A stretch of DNA of 63,802 bases, filler included, from Octopus bimaculoides (Eukaryota), in assembly GCF_001194135.2 (NCBI RefSeq). It is 4 parts of 4 records of this genome, joined end to end, with 100 filler letters (N's around TTAATTAATTAA, not from the genome) between each part and the next. Parts side by side here need not be neighbours in the genome. Positions count along the whole stretch, not along the records: positions 27,515 to 46,047 come from NC_068995.1; 3 more parts are not named here. The stretch is one strand, 5' to 3'. The notes beneath the pieces were generated by a model. It did no database searches and was not told the origin of the DNA. It was given only the letters and a program-made list of their open reading frames with translations. Every line of letters begins with the position of its first letter. The first letter of the stretch is position 1. The position numbers and the translations under genes were made by a program. Positions 28,080-39,320 of the stretch are shown here, in pieces.

Positions 28080-29056
28080 TTATATATATAATTGACAACT
28101 GACATTTACAGGAAGATGTTGCCGTTCCGTTAATATTCTCCAGTATTCAAATTGCTGCGTTTGAATGTAGGAAATATGAAATTGATGAAAATAGTAACGA
28201 AATCAATGTAAAGACAAAACAAATACAAGGCAATACTAATATTCAAATCCAACAACACAGTTTTTTGGTGGTTTTATAACTGTTATTAATGGGGAAGATG
28301 AAAAATTACTTGTTAGAAGGATTAACAAAGTGAGACATTTTATGAATGAACGAAAGGAAAGACAAAATGCTCTAGCTGATAGATATATTAGCTGGTAGAT
28401 ATATACATACGGAGATAGTGGCAATTGGTAGAAATGTAAAAGATGGTCCACCTGTAAAATTTGTGACTTAAATTTCTTGTCAGTACAGCGGAGAATCTTT
28501 TCTGAATGGCAGATGAGTAATGTGTCATAAAAATCAGAAATCTTGTGCTCAATGAATCCAAATTAAGGGCATAATGGCAACTGATTGACTCAAGAACACG
28601 ATTTATGGCGCGCGCGCGGTTGTGCGTGTGCGTGTGCGAGTGCGCGTGCGTGTGCGTGTAACGACCTCTGACATGAATACGAAACTGCATATTTAATCTG
28701 TTTATCGAACTTTTTCTACTTTCTATAATATATGTAACAAATAGCATATAACATATATAACTAATAATGGAATAATATTGTAATATAGCAGTGTAGTAAC
28801 ATAGTAATAGAGTAATTAACATAGTTCTATATTAATATAATAGCATAATATCGTAACATAAAATGTAGTAACATAGTAATATAGTAATATGGCAATATAG
28901 TAATATGGCAATATCGTAATATAGTAATAATTTAACATAGTAATGTAGTAGCCTCAAATACGATGACTTCAATATCTGAATTCTGTAAATGAAAATGATG
29001 AGACTAAATACCAAAAGGAATTTAGTCTGGTGCTCTCACATTTTTCATCTCACTCA

Positions 29057-29090
29057 CTAGTGTAACCGTGCCGTCAGAAATGACGGCATG
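29057..29090 (-). mobile_element. Helitron-like 3' terminus
   Basis: Minus strand reads CATGCCGTCA-TTTC-TGACGGCACG-GTTACA-CTAG|T: GC-rich hairpin 6 nt before CTAG, followed by T. Confidence 0.55.
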
Positions 29091-29184
29091 AAAATGATAC
29101 GGAAAATAAAAATAAAATTAAAAGATTACAACCTTTATCTTAGCAATTGCTTCAACAACGCGTTTCTAGTGAAAACCCTAACAC

Positions 29185-29480
29185 CAATGAGTTCTCCTTG
29201 TTTTGGATGGTCATTTACAAACATTTTAATATTACTGTTTCTACTTCTACTCAATGCAACATAAAGTTGTCCATGGTTGAGTACTGGTGATGGTAGGATG
29301 ATGCCAACATTATTGAAACTCTGTCCTCATTGCAAATGCTGGGATAACAGGAAACTGTCGTCTGCTCATACTAAAGGGAAGTTGATGCACGCAATAAAGG
29401 CCTCCTCTCCTTTATTACTTCCACTAAATATTTTTCCATGAATGAAAAAATCATTGATGGACAACACTAAGATCCGGATC
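29185..29480 (+). mobile_element. Pogo/Tigger-like (DDE_1) transposase remnant
   Basis: LVLDGH motif at about 29197-29214 in heavily decayed sequence. Confidence 0.4.
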
Positions 29481-30467
29481 CCATTGAATAAACCATTCAT
29501 TAGGTTCAGCTAAAATTATCAGTGAAATGATAACAAGCACTGTAAATACTGTAAATACGGTAAATACACACANNNNNNNNNNNNNNNNNNNNNNNNNNNN
29601 NNNNNNNNNNNNNNNNNNNNNNNNNNNNNNNNNNNNNNNNNNNNNNNNNNNNNNNNNNNNNNNNNNNNNNNNNNNNNNNNNNNNNNNNNNNNNNNNNNNN
29701 NNNNNNNNNNNNNNNNNNNNNNNNNNNNNNNNNNNNNNNNNNNNNNNNNNNNNNNNNNNNNNNNNNNNNNNNNNNNNNNNNNNNNNNNNNNNNNNNNNNN
29801 NNNNNNNNNNNNNNNNNNNNNNNNNNNNNNNNNNNNNNNNNNNNNNNNNNNNNNNNNNNNNNNNNNNNNNNNNNNNNNNNNNNNNNNNNNNNNNNNNNNN
29901 NNNNNNNNNNNNNNNNNNNNNNNNNNNNNNNNNNNNNNNNNNNNNNNNNNNNNNNNNNNNNNNNNNNNNNNNNNNNNNNNNNNNNNNNNNNNNNNNNNNN
30001 NNNNNNNNNNNNNNNNNNNNNNNNNNNNNNNNNNNNNNNNNNNNNNNNNNNNNNNNNNNNNNNNNNNNNNNNNNNNNNNNNNNNNNNNNNNNNNNNNNNN
30101 NNNNNNNNNNNNNNNNNNNNNNNNNNNNNNNNNNNNNNNNNNNNNNNNNNNNNNNNNNNNNNNNNNNNNNNNNNNNNNNNNNNNNNNNNNNNNNNNNNNN
30201 NNNNNNNNNNNNNNNNNNNNNNNNNNNNNNNNNNNNNNNNNNNNNNNNNNNNNNNNNNNNNNNNNNNNNNNNNNNNNNNNNNNNNNNNNNNNNNNNNNNN
30301 NNNNNNNNNNNNNNNNNNNNNNNNNNNNNNNNNNNNNNNNNNNNNNNNNNNNNNNNNNNNNNNNNNNNNNNNNNNNNNNNNNNNNNNNNNNNNNNNNNNN
30401 NNNNNNNNNNNNNNNNNNNNNNNNNNNNNNNNNNNNNNNNNNNNNNNNNNNNNNNNNNNNNNNNNNN

Positions 30468-31170
30468 ACAATGAAAGGGCGTTCGTTACTGTATATATAT
30501 TGTATATATTCAGATTGGGTAAAAGGAAAGATATACTGAATTTATAAAGGTAACAAATGAAATTGAGATTTGTCTTTGCAAAGATTTTCAGAAATGTAAA
30601 TGATGTAACTTATTTTCATATGAAAAGAGAAATAGGCACTCAATTCTCTATGCTTAACCCCAATAAATTCAAGCGTTCAAGAGAAACGTTCATATCCCTT
30701 ATAACCCTTCAGACTGCCTTCACTTAAGCCCAAGTGAACGACTTCTTATTCAACACTTAATTGCACAACTTTCCTAGAAATACCAGCGAAATTTCCTTCT
30801 CATCATACCTTACCGTGTTAAAAGTAGTTCAGACAATGTAGCCTCTGATATATAAAAAAAAATAAATAGAAAAGGAAAACCCTGGGAGGTCATAGTCGGA
30901 ACAATGTTTTTGTCGTAGATTTGTTTGAAAAAGACTAACTTGGTGCTGAACAACATTATATCGTCAATTCAGTCTTCTCTTATTATATCATTAATACTCT
31001 GATATAATCTTGTCACAGAACATTCTTTTATATATAAATAAATCAATAGGGATAATTTATACTTTCATTTTATTGAATCTGAATTATTATTAAACGTAAT
31101 TTATTGTACTGGTTATCGATATCTGATCGACAACCGTTAAGTCGATGCATTTGTCAAATAATTCGAATAA
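30468..31170. repeat. Downstream flank of ORF-A, duplicate of 42342-43032
   Basis: Direct alignment by eye: about 98% over the first ~385 bp, about 85-90% thereafter. Left end runs into gap 29573-30467. Confidence 0.97.
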
Positions 31171-31274
31171 CTTTATCTTTGTGTATTTCATTTTTTTTTT
31201 TTTTAGCTTTAATAATATTCTTGGAAGTCTCTAGGAAACTCTTTTGAACTCAACGTTTTCGAACGATGAGCTCC

Positions 31275-33518
31275 TTATATTCTTGGAGAACCCATACCAT
31301 ACGTTGATGTTCTTCGAGAACCCGTACCACGCGTTGATGTTTTTGGAGAACCCATACCATGCACTGGGCATCCAAGATATGAAGCATCTAATGAAATTTG
31401 TGAAGTCAGTGTACCTCGGCTAGGATACCGAGGATCTCTGAGTGATTCCACTGGCCGGTGCCTTTTTTCTCCTCTTTTTATTCTTACGGGTATTCTTGAA
31501 TATCTTCTTCGAGCTTCGTTGCTACGAAAATCTGGAATTGAAATTTCTGTGTGAGTTCTAGGAGATCCTTCCAACAGATCTCGAAGTTGTTGTCTTGCCG
31601 CACTTCTGATATTTCCCATCTCACGGAGAGCTTTCACCTCTCTAGCAGCTGTCGCCCCTTTCCTAGCACGTTCATCAATATATTCTCGTACAGTATTCTC
31701 TCTTGTTTCACTCCTTGGTGGTGATTTTGTGTCTTCCCATGGTTCTTCCCATAAGTCATCCCATGGTTCATCCCATGAGTCATTCCATGCACAGCTTGGC
31801 TTTAATTGTATGTCATAAGTTATCATTGGGTCTACGTCATAAACTGACTTTAAGACTTTATTGATTCCTGCAGACCTTATCCTTCCGAGAGCTTCTCTTC
31901 GTGCCTCCTCAGGGGTTGGTAGTGCATTCCTCCAAGCTTCCTTCACAAGTTCTTTTTGGATTTCTAATTCCCTCATCCTTTTGGAAGCTTTTTTTTGTGC
32001 CGCCATTACACCCTTTATCCTTTCGAGAGCTATTCTTTGTGCCGCCGTAGGGTCTAGTCTCTTCGTAGGGCTTAGTAGCGTTTCCTTCTTAGTAGCCTCC
32101 GCACGGTACATTGCGCTTATTGCATCCCTTCTACGTTTGGCTGCTTCTAAAGCTTCCGCCCGTTTTATGTCATAAAATGTACCACGTCTTCGAAGTTGCT
32201 GTGGATCTTGTAAAGTATGCAATCTTCTTTCCATACCCATTCGTAATGGTTTTGTACATGTTCGACTAGGAAGCTCTTCAAAACTTACAGACTTCATACG
32301 ACGTCTACGAGGTATTCTTACGGGTATTCTTGAAGGCATAGCACCAAATAAGTTTTCTCTTCCAGCGGGTTTTGTTGCACGTAACACACCTCTGTGAAGT
32401 ACGCGTTTTGTTCTTATGGGTATTCTTGAAGGTACCGTATGTCTTATGGGTATTCTTGAAGGCATCGTATGTCTTTTAGGTAAGTATTCTGTTCTTAGGG
32501 GTATTCTTGAAGGCGTAGCACCGATTTTACGGAAGTGTTCTAGTCTAGCGGGCATTCTTGGAGGTACCGCACGTCTTTTAAGTAAGCGTTCTGTTCTTAG
32601 GGGTATTCTTGAAGGCGTACCCATGGGTATTAGTGAAGACGACGTCTGAAGGTGAAGGGGAAAGTTTTTTATTCTTACGGGTAGTCTTGAAGGCTTTGGG
32701 CGCTTTCTTATGGGTATTCTTGAACGTTTAAGTATCTTTTGATTTGCAGGATATGCCTGCAATTCCGAATATGTGGATGGTACAACAGTTAATGGCATGT
32801 TTTCTGCTGCATTTAGATTACCCCAAAGTTCATCCATTGTCATATAATGGACTGGATTTGGTGGTGCCGACAAACCTATTATAGGGTTACTTAATGCATC
32901 TTCTTGTTCAGTGCTTCCTTTATGTGCTCTAGGTAAGATCAAATAACTCCATCCTCCTGTTACAGATGGAATCTCTTCTGTAAATTGTTCATATGATGTC
33001 ATTGGTACTGTTGAATGCCTTTGTAAGCTATGGGATTGACGTCGAGGTATTTCATATGCAGGTTTTGGTTTATACTGTTTATACTGTCCACCACTAATTT
33101 GTGGCATTCTAATTTGGAGTGGTGTACGAGGAAGTTGGTGATGCAAATAGGATTGTAAAATTCTTGATGTTTTTTCGTCTTCCGCCAAATCTTCATAAAC
33201 TCCCGCTTGAGATTCCTCGATTATTTTAAAGTATTTTCTCTCTTCTTCTGAAACCTCTTCATCGACTTTATTGTCAGTAGCCTCAGACCAGCTGAGTTGT
33301 TTCTGTGGCTGTTCGGGGTCTTTCGAACTTCTATGAAAAGTTTTGTCAACCAATCTTGAAATCATTACTTCAATTAGAAACTCTTCAAAAATTACATTGC
33401 TTTTTTCAAATTCGCACCATCCGCTTTGATCAGAAAGAAGCTCTTCAGAAGTTGTTTCGCAATATATCTCGAAACTTTCCCAGAATTTTTTAGCATTTGA
33501 AGACTTTAAGGCAAGCAT
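31275..33518 (-). CDS. Orphan ORF-A, 747 aa, no visible introns; acidic N-terminus, basic Ser/Arg/Pro region with multiple SxIP motifs, Trp-acidic repeat
   Basis: 2.2-kb stop-free frame in AT-rich DNA; internal repeats are multiples of 3 (12, 30 bp); minus-strand AATAAA at about 31070 and 31100. Start codon uncertain; no family recognised. Confidence 0.8.
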   Translation of the reverse strand: MLALKSSNAKKFWESFEIYCETTSEELLSDQSGWCEFEKSNVIFEEFLIEVMISRLVDKTFHRSSKDPEQPQKQLSWSEATDNKVDEEVSEEERKYFKIIEESQAGVYEDLAEDEKTSRILQSYLHHQLPRTPLQIRMPQISGGQYKQYKPKPAYEIPRRQSHSLQRHSTVPMTSYEQFTEEIPSVTGGWSYLILPRAHKGSTEQEDALSNPIIGLSAPPNPVHYMTMDELWGNLNAAENMPLTVVPSTYSELQAYPANQKILKRSRIPIRKRPKPSRLPVRIKNFPLHLQTSSSLIPMGTPSRIPLRTERLLKRRAVPPRMPARLEHFRKIGATPSRIPLRTEYLPKRHTMPSRIPIRHTVPSRIPIRTKRVLHRGVLRATKPAGRENLFGAMPSRIPVRIPRRRRMKSVSFEELPSRTCTKPLRMGMERRLHTLQDPQQLRRRGTFYDIKRAEALEAAKRRRDAISAMYRAEATKKETLLSPTKRLDPTAAQRIALERIKGVMAAQKKASKRMRELEIQKELVKEAWRNALPTPEEARREALGRIRSAGINKVLKSVYDVDPMITYDIQLKPSCAWNDSWDEPWDDLWEEPWEDTKSPPRSETRENTVREYIDERARKGATAAREVKALREMGNIRSAARQQLRDLLEGSPRTHTEISIPDFRSNEARRRYSRIPVRIKRGEKRHRPVESLRDPRYPSRGTLTSQISLDASYLGCPVHGMGSPKTSTRGTGSRRTSTYGMGSPRI
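32320..32730 (-). repeat. Coding repeat array GGGTATTCTTGAAGG (= PSRIP on minus strand) in ORF-A
   Basis: About eight variably spaced copies (one degenerate); one more at about 31485. Confidence 0.9.
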
Positions 33519-33583
33519 ATTTTATATATAAAAAAGCAGCAAATCAAAGTTGACTTTTTTATTGCTGATTCAGTGAATTTATG

Positions 33584-34085
33584 TCTTTGTGAAATATCCG
33601 ATGTTTGAATCGTGCAATCCTATATAATGTAATCTTAATTTAATATTACTTGTGCTCTTCACCTTTTAACCAATTGATCTAAGCGACCTAAAATGCTCCC
33701 GTTACACACACAGGGTTACTTGCTTTCATTTACGAATCCTATTGACATTGGTTTCAAGACTTGGTACGAAACATAATTAGTTTGATATTAAATTGCTTTC
33801 ATCCTTGGAGTAACATTTATATCAATGAGTAATCACAGTTAATGTTTTATGAATGTTCACCACACATATGGCAGTTGATTTTGCATTGAGCGTTTGCAGA
33901 AGTCCTCTGAAAGCCTATTGTGAATATTTTAAGATAAAAATATATTTTAGTTTAATATGATCAAATATAAGAATGTTTTATAGTTGCCATACATCAACAA
34001 CATAACAAACAATTACTATGCGTTCGGTATTTTATACATACAGCGGTTTTATGTAACAAACATGCATACACTTACATAAACACAC
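33584..34085 (-). promoter_or_regulatory. Upstream flank and putative promoter of ORF-A, homologous to 45216-45705
   Basis: About 80% similar by eye; shared AACCAATTGAT (CCAAT core at 33670). Regulatory role is inferred. Confidence 0.55.
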
Positions 34086-34189
34086 ACGAAATACCAGCAG
34101 ACACTCACCCACCCATGCATGCACATACATGCACATACACGCACATGCGCATATAACGATCCTGCGAGCTCGTCGTCTTAATAATAATA

Positions 34190-36492
34190 TCTAATACTCA
34201 AAGTGGCTTACAGAAGGGATTACATATCTCTTACCAAAAACAGAAGAAACTACTAACCCCGCCAAAATATTGACCCATAACATGCCTCACCACCATATAT
34301 ACATTATTAACGTCTATATTGGCGATTAGAGCATATGAATTCTTGGACAACAGGAAGTTATTTCCAGTGGAATAAAAAGGATGTAAAAGGAGTTCATTTG
34401 GATGTAAGGACCAATTGTTGATTGATAAAATAGTAATTGAAAATTGTAAATCCAAACACAGAAACCTTAGCACCGCTTGGATAGATTACAAGAAGGCTTT
34501 TGACAATGTTCCCCATGCATGGATCAACAAGGCCCTGGAAATTTACAAGATAGCTCCAAAAATTGTGAACTTTTTAAAAGTAATCATGAATCCGTGGAGA
34601 ACAACCCTCATTTTAAACCATGCACCAGGATATACCACCTCACCAGGATATACCACCTCACCAGGCATCAATACCACCTGAGGTATCTTTCAAGGTGACT
34701 CATTATCACTATTACTATTCTGCCTTGCTATGTTCCCTTTATCCACGCAACTGAATAATGCCAAGAGAGGGTATAAGGTCTTTGACCAGAAAATTAATCA
34801 TCTACTCTATATGGATGATCTAAAATTGTTTACCAAAGACGACAAAGAATTAGAAGAGTTCCTGAATATTGTCATAGAATTCAGCTCTGATATATGTATG
34901 GAATTCGGACTTGATAAATGTGCAAAGGCTACTTTCAAAGGCAGAAAACATAGAACTTGATACTACCACAGCTATTGGAAACCTAGACCAATCCGAAGTA
35001 TACAAATATCAGGGAACCAATGAAGGTGATGGTATCCAGCACTCTAAAATGAGAGAGAAAATCCACAAGGGAAGCTACCGAAGGTTAAGAATGGTCCTAA
35101 ACTCAGAATTAAATGCTGCTAACAGAATTAATGCGATCAATTTTTTAACCATACCAGTAACCATATATAGTTTCAGTATCATTTAAGTGCAGTCTCACTG
35201 ACATGCAGAATATGGATGGAAAGATCCATAAATTCCTTACAAGGTACCGAATGCACCATCCAAAATCAGATGTAGACAGGATTTTTCTCCCAAGAAAAAT
35301 AGGTGAAAGAGGCCTAATACAGCTCGAACAATCCTTCAAATCAGCAATAATAGGCCTTGAAACGTAACTTAATACAGCAAGTGATGTGCTCTTACGAAAT
35401 GCACTAAAGCATGAAGATTCCAAACAAGCTTCAATCATGAAGCTTAGTCAGAAATTTAAAAAATTTCTTGGCCTACAAATTAATAAGAATGACCAAATAC
35501 ACCCAAACACTGACAGACTTATCATTGCTTCTCCTGACATAGAAATTAACAACCAGAAAGACCGAAGAGATCCAAATAGTAATAAACCTATCATTGATGC
35601 AAAAAACATCAAACAAAAAGCCAAGAAGGTTTGCATGAATAATATCGAAGACAACTTGAAAGGTAAACTCCAACATGGAAAATATCCAAACCGCCTCTAC
35701 AAGCCAGATATTGATCAAAATCTAACACACCAATGGTTACAAGGGGCAGGTCTGAGAGAGGAAATAGAAGGTTTTGTTATTGCAGGGCAAGATCAGAGCT
35801 TACCTACCTGAAACTACCATACAAACGTCCTTAAAGATGGATCTAATCCCTCCTGCAGAAAGTGGGTAAAATTCACAGAGACATTTGATCATTTTTCTGA
35901 CTGCCCAGTCCTCGCTAAAAAGGAGTACCTCATAAGACAAAACAGACCACTGGAATGCTTGTAAATACCACAAAATTAAATCCCATGATAAGTGGTACAG
36001 GCACCATCCAGAGGTTGTAGTAAATGTCGAGGGCGTCATCATCCTTTGGAACTTCCCAATACAAACGGACAGAAAAAGGGACTTCAATCGACCAGACATT
36101 GTGATCAAGGACTACAACGGAGGAACTTGTCTTAATAGATATGTCTGTCTCACAAGATCAAAATGTCTCAAGGAAGGAATACGAAAAGCTTTCTCACTAT
36201 AAAGATCTGCAAATCAAAGTCACAAAAGTATGGAAGCTTAGTACTACGATAATACCAGTAGTAATTGATAAAGAAGGGTGCTGAGAGGTATATTAAGCAA
36301 CTCCCTGGTAATTCCAATCTCTGTGAACTACAAAAGATAACCTTGATGGGCTGCACCAGCCCATATACTACGAAAAGCACCCTCCATCTAAAATTGAATA
36401 AATGTGGTGGTAATTTTAGCATGCATCCTTCTTGGCCTCCGAAGGATGCCCGGTACTAAGGCAGCTAAAATGAAGATATAATGAAATGAAAC

Positions 36493-36496
<4 letters not shown>
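34190..36496 (+). mobile_element. R4/Dong-like RLE non-LTR retrotransposon, 5'-truncated, decayed
   Basis: [36 protein letters not shown] remnant, RPDIVI; 3' UTR hairpin at 36423-36449; ends in (TAA)n. Confidence 0.88.
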
Positions 36497-36561
<65 letters not shown>

Positions 36562-36640
36562 TAACAATAATAATAACAATAACAACAACAACAACAACAA
36601 CAACAACACTAATAATAACAACAACAACAACAACAACAAC

Positions 36641-36671
<31 letters not shown>
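36497..36671. repeat. (TAA)n/(CAA)n microsatellite; similar tracts at 37286-37368, 37939-38016 and 38214-38268
   Basis: Read directly from the sequence. Confidence 0.99.
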
Positions 36672-36674
<3 letters not shown>

Positions 36675-37290
36675 GATAAAGCACTGTATAAGAACTTGAG
36701 AATGAATGAAACTGAAAATAGGTGGATAAAGAAAAGAATGCATGGACAATTCCATAGGGATGTTGAAGATAAGACAGACAGAGAAAAAAGATGGCTATTT
36801 GGACTTGACAGAGCAAAAACGTGATACGAACATAAACCCGAAGGCACTGTCGAAAATGATAATGCAATGCTCCTATGGGGTTTTCAGTGCGACTATGAGA
36901 TAGGGAATAGGAAAATAGACATAGTGTTACTTGAGAAAGAAAGTAAACGATGCTGGATCATAGATATATCATGCCCAGCTGACAACAAAGTATGCGACAA
37001 GGAAGAAAGAAAAGTCGATAGATATGACAGGTTAGCTTGGGAGGTTAAGCAGTTGTGGTCGCTGAAAAAGTGGTAGTAGTACCAATAATTGTTGGAGCCC
37101 TGGGAACAGTGAATAAAAATCTTGAGAGGTACATAGAACAAACAGGAGCTGCAATAGGGGTGGAGCACTTGCAGAAAACAGCACTGCTTGGAATCGCTCA
37201 AATACTCCGGATAGTGCTCGAAAAATGAGCGATAGTGATCAGCTGTCACCGTAGTACATCTCCAGCGTTAGAAGCTGCACAAAGACAATA
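36672..37290 (+). mobile_element. Second R4/Dong-like 3' fragment with internal deletion
   Basis: MHGQFHRD joined to YEHKPEGTVENDNAMLLW; KIDIVLLEK...IIDISCPAD RLE motifs; bounded by (TAA)n. Confidence 0.85.
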
Positions 37291-37368
<78 letters not shown>

Positions 37369-37369
<1 letters not shown>

Positions 37370-37467
37370 TAGGCGTAGGAGTGGCTGTGTGGTAAATAGC
37401 TTGCTTACCAACCACATGGTCCCGGGTTCAGTCCCACTGCGTGGCACCTTGGGCAAGTGTCTTCTAC
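37369..37467 (+). mobile_element. SINE family A tRNA-like head, running into a gap
   Basis: AGGCGTAGGAGTGGCTGTGTGGTAA (box A-like) and GGTTCAGTCCCAC (box B-like). Confidence 0.8.
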
Positions 37468-37938
37468 NNNNNNNNNNNNNNNNNNNNNNNNNNNNNNNNN
37501 NNNNNNNNNNNNNNNNNNNNNNNNNNNNNNNNNNNNNNNNNNNNNNNNNNNNNNNNNNNNNNNNNNNNNNNNNNNNNNNNNNNNNNNNNNNNNNNNNNNN
37601 NNNNNNNNNNNNNNNNNNNNNNNNNNNNNNNNNNNNNNNNNNNNNNNNNNNNNNNNNNNNNNNNNNNNNNNNNNNNNNNNNNNNNNNNNNNNNNNNNNNN
37701 NNNNNNNNNNNNNNNNNNNNNNNNNNNNNNNNNNNNNNNNNNNNNNNNNNNNNNNNNNNNNNNNNNNNNNNNNNNNNNNNNNNNNNNNNNNNNNNNNNNN
37801 NNNNNNNNNNNNNNNNNNNNNNNNNNNNNNNNNNNNNNNNNNNNNNNNNNNNNNNNNNNNNNNNNNNNNNNNNNNNNNNNNNNNNNNNNNNNNNNNNNNN
37901 NNNNNNNNNNNNNNNNNNNNNNNNNNNNNNNNNNNNNN

Positions 37939-38017
<79 letters not shown>

Positions 38018-38033
38018 AAACAATGATAATGAT

Positions 38034-38213
38034 TTCTAACTTCGGCACAAGGCCAGCAATTTCGGGGAGAGAGTAAGTCGATTGCATCAAACCCAATACT
38101 CAACAGGTGCTTATTTCATCGAAAGGATGAAAAGCAAAGTCGACCTTGGTGATATTGGAACTCATCATATATCCGGAGGAAATGCTGTGAAGTATTTCGT
38201 CCCGGCTTTCCGC
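38034..38213 (-). mobile_element. SINE family B, degenerate
   Basis: Reverse-complement similarity to 11614-11819; (ATN)n tail at left. Confidence 0.65.
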
Positions 38214-38214
38214 C

Positions 38215-38267
<53 letters not shown>

Positions 38268-38289
38268 TTAATCAGCTATCATAAACCGA

Positions 38290-39320
38290 AAAGAAAGTGA
38301 TGAATATGAATACGAAGACACGGAAATTATTAACAGTGCACGGAACATTCCATCCCAAAGTGACACTCCAGAAGAAAGAGTGAGGGATGTCTGATCAGCT
38401 GTCAGGATTGTGTTGAATCAGAGGAGAACAGTTTAGGATGGTATATAGAAAAAAAATGTTGTGGAGCAATTGTTGATGCCTGTGAAGATGACTAGAATCA
38501 TCAAAATTGATAATTGTGTTAAGGAGGATAAATTTAAAGAGTAAAAGAACACGAAAAGAGAAATAGCATGAAAAGGAAAAATGTATGGTCAGTTTGTAGG
38601 AGATACGAGCACAAAAACAGATACCGTTGGTTATGGATGCAGAGTGACTTGAAGATAGAAATAGATGCACTTATAAATGCGCAGCACAGGAATAAGTTTT
38701 GAGGACAAACTATGAGAAGTGCAGAATTGATAGCACAAGTGAGAGAGACAAATACAGAATGTGTGGAGAGGGGAGAAACAGTGTAACATATTGTTAGTGA
38801 ATGCCCGAAGATGGCACAACGAGAATACAAAAGACAACATGACAATGCGCAAGAATGATCTATTGCGGGCTCTGTAGAAATTATGGCCTAGAAAGATCAA
38901 AGACTTAGTATAACGAAATCCCAGAATGAGGACTGCAAAATCCTGTGTGGTTCAATGATTCAGTGTGACTGTCAGATTAGATATCAGAAGTCTGATGCTG
39001 TGAACAGAAAAGAAAAAACATGCCTGATAACCGACAAAGCATGTCCTGGTGACAACAGGGTCAAAGAAAAAAAATGAACATCTATGATGAATTGAAGTGG
39101 GAAATATGCAGGTTGTGGTAATGAAGAGAGTGGTCGTGATACCAATAGTGACTGGTGCGCTTGGAAGTATAAGCACTCAATTACCAATGTGGCTAAAAAG
39201 AGATAGGTGCAAAGGGAAACTGCAAGAGTTCTCAGTAGGGTTCTATCACCTTAGTCTGCTGGCTGTGGGTAGCTGATACTTTCTCTGATACCCAGTAAAA
39301 TAAGCTGAAAGTTTTACATG
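38290..39320 (+). mobile_element. Third R4/Dong-like 3' fragment
   Basis: TRKLLT..G.FHPK, RMC...ETV.HIVSECPKMAQREYKR, IPIVTGALG; bounded by (TAA)n. Confidence 0.83.

Noticed and set aside
28112-28329. Exon-like stretch (EDVAVPLIF... / FFGGFITVINGEDEK...) with AG and GT ends
   Set aside because: Needs a frameshift or a poor acceptor; no family recognised and no partner exons.
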